Shown: one piece after another, positions 20,778 through 31,092 of the stretch
Position numbering within the stretch: the first letter of the stretch is position 1
Layout of the letters: each line of letters begins with the position of its first letter
From: an uncultured Gammaproteobacteria bacterium
GTDB lineage: Bacteria > Pseudomonadota > Gammaproteobacteria > JABCZS01
Assembly (NCBI GenBank): GCA_963848305.1
Contig: CAWKDC010000001.1
Span: 512,001 to 576,000, forward strand
Length of the DNA stretch: 64,000 nt
Reading direction: 5' to 3'
Notes under the pieces: generated by a model
The model's database searches: none
What the model was told of the DNA's origin: nothing
Seen by the model: only the letters and a program-made list of their open reading frames with translations
Program-made: the position numbers and the translations under genes

Positions 20778-21706
20778 TAACATTTTTCCGCTACCCGCAA
20801 AATTGCACTGCGTGAACGCGCATTCTGTGCGATTTCTGCTTCTGTTGCCTTTATTTTACCCAACAATGTAATGATACCTTTTGGACGATTCCCACGATAG
20901 GGAATAATGCCCTGAGGTTCTTCACCCATCGAGGCTTCTTTCAATGTTTGCTTGACCATACGATCTTCTAACGAATGAAAACTGATCACCACCAAACGCC
21001 CGCCAGATTTTAACGCATTTATCGCTTCGGTGAGGGCTTTTTTTAAATCATCTAATTCTTGATTCACGACAATGCGAACGGCTTGAAATGTACGCGTTGC
21101 AAAATGCTTGTTTTTTTCTTTGAACGGGATCGCTTTTTCGATCACATCGACCAATGCTTGCGTGGTTTGAATGGGTGATGTTGCACGCACTTCAACGATC
21201 TTGCGAGCAATGCGTGTGGCAAAACGTTCTTCACCATACACTTTCAATGCATGTGCAATGTCTGCTTCGCTGGCGTGATGTAACCATTCTGCGGCCGTCA
21301 TGCCGCGCGTTGTGTCCATGCGCATGTCAAGCGGGCCGTTTCTCATGAAACTGAAACCGCGCGCAGGATTGTCGAGTTGAGGCGACGATACGCCGAGATC
21401 AAATAATACGCCATCGACCAAATGAAAGTGGTTCGTGTCTAAAGCTTCTCGTATGTTTTTAAAGGAGCCGTGATAAATCTCGATGGGTAATCCGCTGTCT
21501 TTCAATGCTTGTGCGCTCGCAATGGCTTCGGGATCTTTGTCGATCACCAGCAAACGACCTGTCTTCAACAAACTGGCGATGGCACGTGCATGCCCACCGC
21601 GTCCAAACGTCGCGTCGACGTACTCCCCCTCAGGTGCCACCTTCAAAGCGTCAATCGCTTCGACTGGCATCACACTGGCATGTGCTACAGTTTCAACCCT
21701 TTCCAT
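20777..21706 (-). CDS. rsmH: 16S rRNA m4C1402 methyltransferase
   Basis: DATFGRGGH, DLGVSSPQLD, RGFSF, PLDMRMD, ISFHSLEDR, RSRSA. Confidence 0.98.
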   Translation of the reverse strand: MERVETVAHASVMPVEAIDALKVAPEGEYVDATFGRGGHARAIASLLKTGRLLVIDKDPEAIASAQALKDSGLPIEIYHGSFKNIREALDTNHFHLVDGVLFDLGVSSPQLDNPARGFSFMRNGPLDMRMDTTRGMTAAEWLHHASEADIAHALKVYGEERFATRIARKIVEVRATSPIQTTQALVDVIEKAIPFKEKNKHFATRTFQAVRIVVNQELDDLKKALTEAINALKSGGRLVVISFHSLEDRMVKQTLKEASMGEEPQGIIPYRGNRPKGIITLLGKIKATEAEIAQNARSRSAILRVAEKC

Positions 21707-22128
21707 ACTTCACCTTCCGCTGTTTTTTCCAGCGATTTGAAATGCTGCCCTTCTTGCTGCCAGGCCAAGTCATCCCATAACTCAAACTTCTGTCCCAAGC
21801 CAACCCAAATCACTTCGCGTTGCAAGCGCGCATAGTCACACAAAACCTTAGGAATAAGCAAGCGCCCCTGTGCATCCAATGTCACAGAGGTAGCATTCCC
21901 AACCAGCCAACGTTGCAATGCCCTGACGTCTTTATCGACGTTGGGCAAATCTAAGATGGCTCTTTCTATCCCTTCCCAAACGGACAAGGGATACCCCAGT
22001 AGGCAAGGTTCGTGGATATCGAGGGTAATGATCCATTCGCTGCAAGGCACATCTGCACGTACTTTTGCCGGGACGAGTAAACGCCCTTTTGCATCCAACG
22101 TGACCGTATGCGCACCTCTTAACACCAT
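21685..22128 (-). CDS. mraZ: Transcriptional regulator MraZ
   Basis: Two DxxGR motifs (LDAKGRL, LDAQGRL); first gene of the dcw cluster. Confidence 0.95.
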   Translation of the reverse strand: MVLRGAHTVTLDAKGRLLVPAKVRADVPCSEWIITLDIHEPCLLGYPLSVWEGIERAILDLPNVDKDVRALQRWLVGNATSVTLDAQGRLLIPKVLCDYARLQREVIWVGLGQKFELWDDLAWQQEGQHFKSLEKTAEGEVWKGLKL

Positions 22129-22133
22129 ACCCC

Positions 22134-22198
22134 TCCACTTTTTACCACTTTTTACCACTGGTATGGATAAGCTTGGTTGGCAAACTGACGATTGTCAA
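22134..22198 (-). promoter_or_regulatory. dcw promoter with three MraZ-binding GTGG repeats
   Basis: Minus strand TTGACA (22198-22193)-N17-CAAGCT, then AGTGGTAAAAAGTGGTAAAAAGTGGAG, i.e. GTGG at a 10-bp period. Confidence 0.8.
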
Positions 22199-22284
22199 GT
22201 CGATACTAAAATTTATCGTAAACCATTTGCCTAGTGTGCAGTAACGTGGTAGTTTGTAAGAAGGCTTTAAGAAGGATATTGAAG

Positions 22285-23232
22285 ATGATCAAAGGAATTG
22301 CTTTCGCACTGGGCGCCTGTTTTATCTGGGGACTGATCTTCGTGGTGCCTCAGTTCATGACTGGATTCTCTTCTATCGAGATCGTCTTAGGCCGTTATGC
22401 TTTTTATGGCATGATATCAGCCGCCATTTTCATCAAGGCGTTTGCTGGACGAGGTTGCCGATACCCTAGGTCTATCTGGTTGAAAGCGCTACATTTTTCC
22501 TTGATATCTACCCTGGTATACTATATCTTTTTAGTACTGGCCTTGCGCTATGCCTCTCCTGCTGTTTGTGCCTTGATCCTAGGGGTCACCCCAATCAGCA
22601 TTGCATTTTATGGTAACTTTCGCCACCGGGAAATCCCTTTCAAGAGTCTCGTCCTTCCTTCTCTCTTCATTTTGATAGGACTGGTATTGGTTAACATTCC
22701 TTACCTCGAAGCTGGCCCTGTCACTGCCCAGTACTTATTGGGGTTATTCTTCAGCGTCTGCTCCCTCATCGCGTGGAGCTGGTACGTGGTGGCCAATGCC
22801 CAGTTTTTGAAAGAACACCGACATGTGCACTCCAGTGATTGGCTCACCCTGATGGGCGTATCAACGTTGGTATGGGTCATTCTGTTCACCAGCATTCTGC
22901 TGATTTTCTTCCAAGAAGAGATTCACCTCTCTCAGTATGCCGTTTATAGCGATGATTTAAAAAGGTTTTTGATTGGAAGCGCGATATTGGGTCTCTTATG
23001 TTCCTGGGTTGGGTGCTATCTTTGGAACAAGGCAAGCCTTCATTTGCCAGTCCCACTGGCTGGACAACTCACCATTTTTGAAACAATTTTTGGCGTTGTG
23101 TTTGTTTACCTTGTCAATCAACATGTTCCTTCGGCCATGGAATGGGGCGGGATGATCATACTCTTGGCAGCGATTGCCTATGGTACCCACCATTTCACTC
23201 AAAAGATGGCCAAAGTCATGACTCCGCACTGA
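22285..23232 (+). CDS. DMT/EamA family transporter (YtfF-like)
   Basis: About 10 hydrophobic segments; IWGLIFVVP…GRY, WNKAS…LAGQLTIFETIFG. Confidence 0.88.
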   Translation: MIKGIAFALGACFIWGLIFVVPQFMTGFSSIEIVLGRYAFYGMISAAIFIKAFAGRGCRYPRSIWLKALHFSLISTLVYYIFLVLALRYASPAVCALILGVTPISIAFYGNFRHREIPFKSLVLPSLFILIGLVLVNIPYLEAGPVTAQYLLGLFFSVCSLIAWSWYVVANAQFLKEHRHVHSSDWLTLMGVSTLVWVILFTSILLIFFQEEIHLSQYAVYSDDLKRFLIGSAILGLLCSWVGCYLWNKASLHLPVPLAGQLTIFETIFGVVFVYLVNQHVPSAMEWGGMIILLAAIAYGTHHFTQKMAKVMTPH

Positions 23233-23262
23233 GCTTGATGAACGGTATACAAAAGAAATTAG

Positions 23263-23290
23263 TTGACATACTTATCGGAAGCTGTATAAT
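23263..23290 (+). promoter_or_regulatory. Consensus sigma70 promoter of the cyclin-like gene pair
   Basis: TTGACA (23263-23268)-N16-TATAAT (23285-23290); RBS GAGG before ATG 23322. Confidence 0.75.
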
Positions 23291-23321
23291 CATGTAAGTA
23301 GTTCAAATCTTGAGGTATACT

Positions 23322-24089
23322 ATGTTTAATCTATTCGATATTTATAAAAACACTGAGGGGAATGAACAAGATATTTTCACCTTTCACAGCGCGCCACTCC
23401 AACAACTAGAACAGGAATTGGACATACTGGAAATGCAGCTTTCCATAACCCGAAGTCTTCATGACAATCATGCTAAGATGTTGGCGCTACATTTGACAAA
23501 AAAAATCGACAATGTTTCATACAAATACTCAGCGGGACACGTCTCTGTATGGGCAGCTGATATCGCACGATACGAAAGAGAGATCGTACTCAGAAAAGAT
23601 ACACTATTCAAAATCAGGCATGAGCTGATGGAAACACATATTGAAACCATCACCACACACGTGTTAAACATGGCTAAGCAACACCTTGCTACGATGATTC
23701 CTGACAGCAATGCTGAGAATGTGATGAAGCTAAAGATCAAAAGAAGTCTAGCAGTGCTTATGATGTATTATGTCCTTCCTATGAATGACATTCCCTTTAT
23801 TCTCAACATCCTAAGCAAGTATTTACCTAAGGTAAAGGATAAAATCACAGGAGAAAATCCTTATAATCTTATTATCACTATGCTTATGCTTGCGACAAAA
23901 TTTTATATAGATGTACCTTATAACAACAAAAGTTGGGGGAAATTTTATGAAGGGACATTGTCCGAACTGAATAACATGGAGTTAAAAGTCATCACAGCAA
24001 TTGGTATCATTGATAAAAGTCATCTCAACGGCGATCACGATAACCCATCGTCTGATAAAAGGCAAAGAATGGGAGACATGAATACATAA
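23322..24089 (+). CDS. Eukaryotic-like protein with a C-terminal Pho80/Pcl-type cyclin box (candidate effector)
   Basis: ITGENPYNLIITMLMLATKFYIDVPYNNKSWGKFYEGTLSELNNMELKV matches the P/U-type cyclin pattern N..RL.L..LMLASKF.DD..Y.NKSW…EL(N).ME; N-terminal coiled-coil character; AT-rich. Confidence 0.7.
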   Translation: MFNLFDIYKNTEGNEQDIFTFHSAPLQQLEQELDILEMQLSITRSLHDNHAKMLALHLTKKIDNVSYKYSAGHVSVWAADIARYEREIVLRKDTLFKIRHELMETHIETITTHVLNMAKQHLATMIPDSNAENVMKLKIKRSLAVLMMYYVLPMNDIPFILNILSKYLPKVKDKITGENPYNLIITMLMLATKFYIDVPYNNKSWGKFYEGTLSELNNMELKVITAIGIIDKSHLNGDHDNPSSDKRQRMGDMNT

Positions 24090-24130
24090 TGAACCCCTTG
24101 TTAAATCACCAAAACCACCAAAGGTGACAC

Positions 24131-24976
24131 ATGTTTAATTTTAACATCAGACACATTGAAGGCATCTGCGAAGAAGCATCCATATTTATTGAACCTTCAG
24201 AGAATAATACCGATATCATTGCATCGACTGCGCTGAAAAACGAAGAGATAGGACAATTTGAAACCAAGATTAAGGCACAAAATTTTATAATATCCACATA
24301 TAAGTCCTTGATCAATGATAAAATGAAGATGATTAAAATGACGAAAGAAATGAATAATGAGGCTGATATTAGCGATCAAGAATTAGCAAGCTATGAATGG
24401 AATATGATCGACCTTAATCAGAGTTTGACTGAATGCAAAAGGGCTCTATCAAAAGTAAATGACTCCCTCAATCATGATGTAAATGATCTTAATATTTTGA
24501 TGATAAATGAGTGCGCAAGAGCGATGATAGCCATCGTCGATAAATATCAGGGTCATCACATTCCAAATCAGATAAGAACAGTCCTTTTCTCAAGATTGAA
24601 AGAAGATTTTACCTATATTAATGATATGGAGCTTATGAATTTCAGCGATGAAATCGCGGAAATATTTCAAAAAGTTGCTAACGGATTCAACAAGCTTTCC
24701 TGCAAAAATTTTTTTATGACAGAACAGATACTGGGATCACATGAAAAAATATCGCAGACGATAATGGTTCTCATCATCATTGCCCTTAAATACCAAAGTG
24801 ACTTTTTATATGATAATAAAACCTGGTCAGAAGCAACCTATATACCCATTAATAAACTTCAAGAACTCGAGATAAAAATCGTTTCTGTATTATTGGATTT
24901 CAACAAGAAAGACAAAGTCTTTAATGATGATGACAATGAAATCAGCACTCGAAGAAACATATCCAACAGGTTTTAA
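24131..24976 (+). CDS. Second eukaryotic-like protein with a Pho80/Pcl-type cyclin box
   Basis: IMVLIIIALKYQSDFLYDNKTWSEATYIPINKLQELEIKIVSVLLDF; same architecture and MFN start as its neighbour; RBS AAGGTG; AT-rich. Confidence 0.62.
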   Translation: MFNFNIRHIEGICEEASIFIEPSENNTDIIASTALKNEEIGQFETKIKAQNFIISTYKSLINDKMKMIKMTKEMNNEADISDQELASYEWNMIDLNQSLTECKRALSKVNDSLNHDVNDLNILMINECARAMIAIVDKYQGHHIPNQIRTVLFSRLKEDFTYINDMELMNFSDEIAEIFQKVANGFNKLSCKNFFMTEQILGSHEKISQTIMVLIIIALKYQSDFLYDNKTWSEATYIPINKLQELEIKIVSVLLDFNKKDKVFNDDDNEISTRRNISNRF

Positions 24977-24979
24977 ACG

Positions 24980-27147
24980 CTAGAACGTGATCTGGTAACA
25001 CTGGTGTATCTTACTGTCCCGCTGAAAATCCTGATCAATCGTATCCCGGGTCACATCCTTAATCTGCATGCCAGGGAAAGCTTCTTCGTTCAATTTAAAT
25101 TTTCTGAAATTAGTTGAAAAATACAAAACACCCTCTTTATCAAGATGCTTTAACGTTTTTTTGATCAGCACTACATGATCCCGTTGAATGTCAAAATCCT
25201 CATCCATTCTTTTTGAGCGCGAAAATGTCGGTGGATCTAAAAAAATTACATCAAATTTATCGTTTGTCTCATCAAGAAATGTGAAGCAGTCTGATTGCAC
25301 GACTTCATGTAACGCAGGACTCAACCCATTCAGTGATAAGTTTCGCTTTGCCCAAGCAGTGTAAGTAGAAGACATATCCACACTCACGGAGCGGCGCGCC
25401 CCACCTAATGCCGCATGTACTGTCGCACTGGCTGTATAGCAGAACAAATTTAAAAATGTTTTGCCTTTCATGATACTGGCTAAATACAATCTCATGGGAC
25501 GGTGATCTAAAAACAAGCCTGTGTCCAAATAATCATGCAAATTAACCAAAAATTTACCGGCCCCTCTTTGACCACGATACATTGATTTTGATGATCCAAC
25601 CGCTGGTATTGTGAAAAATCCTTTTGTTGAACCCGCTGCTTCACAACAACATGTGAAGAGGGTATATTCAACACAACAGGAATCGCATCACACACACATT
25701 TTAATCGAAATGCCGCTTTATCTGCATCAATGGTTTTAGGAGGTGCATATTCTTGAACGTGCGCATATCCTTCGTAATAATCAATGGCAACGGCATATTC
25801 TGGCATATCAGCATCATATATTCGATAACAAGACACATTGTTCTTCTTCACCCAGCTGCTGAGTTGCTTGATGTTTTTACGTAATCGATTCGCAAACATT
25901 GCTGACTCTGGCTTAAGCTCTGTGGGCGCTACCTCTGTTTTTGCCTCTATGATCTCAGGCGCTTTGTGTTCTCGCATAAACCATTCTGGCAAAACATCAA
26001 TCATTAACAATTTACACGGGATGGTACCATTCACAAATGTATATTGTTTTTTAGCACGTATACCGATGGATTTTCCCAACGTCATATTGCCTGTGAATAA
26101 AGCCACCTCCCAGCCTTCAAATGATTCCCGCAACCGTTCACCAAAATATTGATACAGGGGTTTCAATGCATCTTCATCACTCAACCGTTCACCGTAAGGC
26201 GCATTCGTGATCATGAAACCAGGTTTGTCGCCATGATGCGTGGGCGGCGTGAGCTCAGATAAATCGCGTACGGTGATATCAATCACATTACCCAATCCGG
26301 CACGTGCAATATTTTCGCGCGCCTGTGATACCGCGCGCGGGCTGCCATCATACCCGCGAAAATCTGGCAATGCTTTTGCATGACCTGCTGCACGACGATC
26401 ACGTGCTTCTGTCAATAACGGCTCCCACAAAGCGGGTTGATGCTTTAACCAATGCGTGAAACCGAATTGCGTTCGCAGTAGCCCAGGTGCGCAATCAGTA
26501 GCCATAAGCGCCGCTTCAATTAATATTGTACCAGTACCACACATCGGATCAACCACATAAGGCAGCATTGACATTTTGCTTTGAAAACCTGCACGGATTA
26601 ATAATGCAGCCGCTAGATTTTCCTTCAGTGGCGCATCGCCGGTACTCAAACGATAACCCCGTTTGTGTAGACTTTCGCCCGATAAATCCAAACTGATACT
26701 TAATTTATCACCATATAAATGCGCATGAATGCGGATATCGGGGTTGATTGTTTCCACTGAAGGACGACGCCCCGTATTGTCACGGAACTGATCCACAATG
26801 ATATCTTTCACCAATTGAGCACCGTATTGGGATTGATGAATTAATGCGGACTGCCCAGAAAAATCAATGCGAAAAGTGTGTGTCGGTGAAAAATGGGTTG
26901 CCCAATCAATCGCTGCGACCCCGCGATGGATAGACGCGATATCGGTCACTTCAATCGTCGTCAGGGGCAATAATACTCGATTAGCCAATCTCGACCATAA
27001 ACATACCCGATAGGCTGTTTCGAGGGTGCCTTGAAAATAAACACCTGTCACGGTTTCCTTCACAGACACAGCGCCTAACGATTGAATTTCCGCGAGTAAT
27101 AACCCTTCAACATGCCGTGGGCAATTGGCAAAAAACGTATATTGCAT
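24980..27147 (-). pseudogene. rlmKL: Bifunctional 23S rRNA m2G2445/m7G2069 methyltransferase RlmKL, split by a 1-nt frameshift (probably a sequence error)
   Basis: THUMP region, APLKENLAA, DPMCGTGT, FANRLRKN…YRIYDADMPEY, then after the shift YLDTGLFLDHR and DPPTFS. One extra G in the run at 25561-25564 restores KEGAGKFLVN. Confidence 0.9.
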
Positions 27148-27443
27148 TATTTGCCTCTTTTCGCCAAGTAGCGACGTATCTCGTCCAGCGTTTCGGGGTT
27201 CAGCCCACGCATGATTTTGCCAATGTATTGATGATGACGGCGTGCAGCCTTTCTACCCTCCGGAATGCGTTTGGCTTCAACCAAAGCGGCCATCAGGTCG
27301 TCAGGCAGGTTTAAAGTGCCCAGCTTTTGGGGGTTGAATGTCAATAGTGTTTCCCCCAGGGTCTGCAAAGCGTCCATATCGCGTTTACGTTGGGTTTTAC
27401 TCGGCTTCTCCGGCCGGTCGTCATATGCTGGATCATCAATCAT
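27147..27443 (-). CDS. darP: Ribosome biogenesis factor YjgA/DarP, short form
   Basis: SKTQRKRDMDALQTLGETL…ARRHHQYIGKIMR; 98 aa; TAATG-coupled to rlmKL. Confidence 0.85.
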   Translation of the reverse strand: MIDDPAYDDRPEKPSKTQRKRDMDALQTLGETLLTFNPQKLGTLNLPDDLMAALVEAKRIPEGRKAARRHHQYIGKIMRGLNPETLDEIRRYLAKRGK

Positions 27444-27521
27444 GGGAATACCGCTCTACTCAAAAAGGCTGAGACATGTTAGCATGAGCGCGGGTTATTC
27501 GCCACTATAATAGGACACACC

Positions 27522-29256
27522 ATGAACATTCTCGGTCTCTCCGGCGCCTTGGGCCACGATGCCTCTGCCGCCATTCTGGTCAATGGCAGCTTAATCGCAT
27601 GTGCCGAGGAAGAACGCTTCATCCGTGATAAACATGCCAAAAACCAGATGGCACGCCAGGCCACTCAATTTTGTCTCAGGCAGGCGGGACTAACCCCAGC
27701 AGATATTGATATTGTGGCCATTCCCCACGCCCCTTTTCGTTTCGGCTATGAAGGGCGTTGGCATTATGCCAAACGTTATTGGTATGCCCCGGATAGGGCA
27801 TTAGATGCATTATTCAATGGCAATCGACGTCATCAACGATACCGTCGCCAGGTAGAACAATTATTGAAGGATCTGGGATTTGATCTCACTCGCACACGCA
27901 TTGAAACCGTAGAGCATCATTTAGCGCATGCCAGTTCCGCCTATCATCTCAGCGGCTTTAAGGAAAAAACAGCCATCATTGGATTTGATGGCAAAGGCGA
28001 ATATGCCACCACTTTTTTTGGGATTGGTGAAAATGGGCACATTACCAAAATCAAAGAATTTTATGATCCTGATTCTTTAGGCGGATTATATGGTGCAATG
28101 ACACAATTCCTCGGCTTTGAAATGCTCGACGGCGAATTTAAAGTGATGGGGATGGCACCTTATGGCGATCCAACTCGGTATGATTTATCTCCTCTGTTGA
28201 AATCAACTGACAGTCATTTCGAAGTGAATACACAATTGGTCAATACCGTGGGATTGCGTCGATATAAAAAAGGAGGAGAAGCCTATTATTTCAGCAAAAA
28301 ATTAATTGATTGGCTCAGAACGTGAAGGCGATGATATCGATGAGCCCTATATTCATTACGCAGCGGGTATTCAACATTTATTAGAGGAGACTGCTTTAAA
28401 ATTGATTGATCATTACTTGGGCGATGTCATACGTGAAACAGGTAAATTATGTTTTGCGGGCGGCGTTGCCTTGAATGTGAAACTTAATCAACGTTTGATC
28501 AACCTACCCCATGTGAAAACATTGTTTGTACAACCGGCTGCTGGCGATGCCGGCACAGCCGTTGGTGCCGCGACCTATGTTGCACATCAACAGGGCGAAA
28601 CCATCTCACCCCTTGCCCATGTTTATTTGGGTCCATCGTATTCGCTTGAAGAATGCTTGACTGCCTGCCTACGTTATTCAGATGATATCTCTGTCACACA
28701 TTGCGACAACATTGTCGATGCAACAGCAGATATTTTAGCAGGAGGCAACCCTGTCGCCTGGTTTCAAGGGCGTATGGAATTTGGACCGCGCGCATTGGGC
28801 AATCGCAGTATTTTAGGCGATCCCAGTCATCCTAACATAGCTGAACTGATCAACCTACAAATCAAATTCCGAGAACGTTGGCGACCATTTTGTCCAAGCA
28901 TTGCACCCGAAATAGCTCAAGATATGCTGCAAACAGAGCACCCCTCCCCTTACATGACATTTGCATTCAAAGTGTCTGAAAAATGGAAAAAACGCGTACC
29001 TGAAGTGGTTCATGAAGATGGGACTGCACGCGCGCAAATCGTCGATCCCGTCGCTAATCCACGTTACTATGCGCTGCTCAAAGCAGTTGAAGCAAGACGT
29101 GGTCATCCTGTTTTATTAAACACATCATTGAATCGTCGCGGTGAACCCATGGTATGCAGCCCGGCTGATGCGTTGAATATGTTTTTAGGATGCGATTTGG
29201 CGTATTTGGTTTTGGGCGATCTATTGATCACAAAGAAAGAGACTTCAGATGGTTAG
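27522..29256 (+). pseudogene. NodU/CmcH-family carbamoyltransferase, split by a frameshift near 28317
   Basis: HDASAA, EEERFIRDKH, VEHHLAHASSAY, KVMGMAPYGD; second frame AGGVALNV, GDAGTAVGAA, FQGRMEFGPRALGNRSIL, LNTSLN. Confidence 0.88.
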
Positions 29257-30733
29257 GAAAATCATTGCACTGTGTTTTGCAAGCTTTACTTTAGTTGCTG
29301 CAGATATGCAACAAGTATTTGAGGCAGTCAAAAAAGATCCCCTACAATTACGCGATTTTTTATACCGTATGCCCAAAGGCGCAGATCTTCACAACCATTT
29401 AGATGGTGCTGTTTATGCAGAAAACCTGATCGCGCAAGCAGCGAGAGAAAAACTCTGTGTTGACGAACGAGAATTGAAATTTACCGCACCTAACAAAGTC
29501 GCTTGCGATCAAGCTTATGCGGAAGGCACAGATTTGTATCATCGCATGATCCGTGCTTTATCCATGCATGATTTTGTTCCAGGCGAAGAACCCGCGGATG
29601 AACATTTTTTTGCCACATTCGATAAGTACATGGCTCTCAAACAGACGAATGGTGAATGGGGGCATGAAGTCGCTTCACGTGCAGCCGCTCAGCATGAACA
29701 ATATATCGAATTGATGTTAACCGTGCCTTGCGATGATTGCAAACATTTATCAGAACAAATCGAAAACAAAAAATTAGATGAACTGCTTTCTGTGAAAAGC
29801 TTGCTCACCACCTGGGATTTTTCAGCAGATATTGCCAAGGCACAACAATTATTACGCGACACTGAAGCCAAGCGGAAATCTTTGGGCGAATCTGATATCA
29901 AAGTCCGCTATCTATTCAAAGCCTTTCGCGGCCTTCCTCATAAAACTGTTTTTGCGCAATTGGCTTTTGCCTTTCAGCTGTTAGCCGCTGAGTCCAAACA
30001 ACCCGAACCCTTGATGGTTGGACTGAATTTAGTGATGCGCGAAGATGGCTATCATGCTTTGAAAAATTATTCCGATCAAATGAAAGTGATTGGTTTTCTC
30101 AAAAACCAATATCCTGGTGTGAGAGTCTCGCTTCATGCGGGCGAATTAACATTGGGTTTAGTCCCGCCAGAAGATTTAACTTTCCACATCAATGAAGCGG
30201 TTCATGTTGCTAAAGCAGAACGCATTGGGCATGGTACTGATATCATTTACGAGAAAGACAACGAAGCCTTGTTAAAATACATGGCATCAAATCACATTGT
30301 CGTTGAAATCATTCCCTCAAGCGCTGATGTTATCTTAGGCGTGCGAGGCAATAAACATCCGCTTGCTTTATATCTTAAACACCATGTGCCTATGGTGATA
30401 TCAACAGACGATGAAGGCGTGTTGCGCAGTGATCTGACGAATGAATTTCAAATGGCTGTTGAGCAACACAATCTCACGTATGCAGATCTCAAAAAAATGG
30501 TACGCAACAGTTTAGAATACAGCTTTTTGCCCGGCGACAGTCTTTGGATTGATCATGATTATCATCGGCTGCACCCCGCTTGCCAACAGGACAAACCTGC
30601 TTCCAAAACATTATCAACCTCTTGCCAGCAATTCATCAAATCCAGCGAAAAGGCTGAAAGGCAGTGGGTACTGGAAAGGGAAGTCATTGATTTTGAAGCA
30701 TGGGCGAGAATACCCGCTCCTACCTACCATTGA
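29249..30733 (+). CDS. Adenosine deaminase-family protein with signal peptide
   Basis: MPKGADLHNHLDG (HxH), SLHAGE, RIGHG, STDDEG; N-terminal Sec-type signal. Confidence 0.9.
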   Translation: MVRKIIALCFASFTLVAADMQQVFEAVKKDPLQLRDFLYRMPKGADLHNHLDGAVYAENLIAQAAREKLCVDERELKFTAPNKVACDQAYAEGTDLYHRMIRALSMHDFVPGEEPADEHFFATFDKYMALKQTNGEWGHEVASRAAAQHEQYIELMLTVPCDDCKHLSEQIENKKLDELLSVKSLLTTWDFSADIAKAQQLLRDTEAKRKSLGESDIKVRYLFKAFRGLPHKTVFAQLAFAFQLLAAESKQPEPLMVGLNLVMREDGYHALKNYSDQMKVIGFLKNQYPGVRVSLHAGELTLGLVPPEDLTFHINEAVHVAKAERIGHGTDIIYEKDNEALLKYMASNHIVVEIIPSSADVILGVRGNKHPLALYLKHHVPMVISTDDEGVLRSDLTNEFQMAVEQHNLTYADLKKMVRNSLEYSFLPGDSLWIDHDYHRLHPACQQDKPASKTLSTSCQQFIKSSEKAERQWVLEREVIDFEAWARIPAPTYH

Positions 30734-31092
30734 AACGCATTCGGGATCCACTCAATCTCCCCTGTCCCTAAACAAACAGCCACAGCATCGAACCGTGCGG
30801 CGCGAGAATGATAACAACCGTGACCTGCCAAATAGCACTTTGCAACGCGAATGATTTTTAATTGTTTTGGGCGATCGATTGTTTCAAAGGGATGTACATC
30901 CTCGAAATGTTCACGCGCGCGCACTTCGACAAACACCCAGGTGTCTTTATCTTCCATGATCAAGTCGACCTCAGCGCCACATGCTTCGATATTGCGATCA
31001 AGCAAGCGCATCCCGCGTTTGTTCATCAAATATTCCATGGCCATCGTTTCAGCGTCGTGGCCACGGACGGATGTCGCAACTATTGACTTCAT
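30724..31092 (-). CDS. yraN: YraN (UPF0102) family protein
   Basis: G..AE..A..YL, EVDLIM, VFVEVRAR, RFDAVAV, WIPNAF; downstream of lpoA. Confidence 0.92.
   Translation of the reverse strand: MKSIVATSVRGHDAETMAMEYLMNKRGMRLLDRNIEACGAEVDLIMEDKDTWVFVEVRAREHFEDVHPFETIDRPKQLKIIRVAKCYLAGHGCYHSRAARFDAVAVCLGTGEIEWIPNAFQW

Noticed and set aside
4989-21835. Many plus-strand ORFs in the track opposite the dcw genes (e.g. 6062-6628, 11933-12370)
   Set aside because: They are antisense shadows of conserved genes with no recognisable motifs.
22134-22160. AAAAAGTGG tandem repeats as a novel element
   Set aside because: These match the known MraZ-binding repeats upstream of mraZ.
25507-25582. Naturally split rlmL and rlmK genes
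   Set aside because: The break falls inside the RlmK half at a G run, the second ORF has no credible start, and one base restores the fusion.
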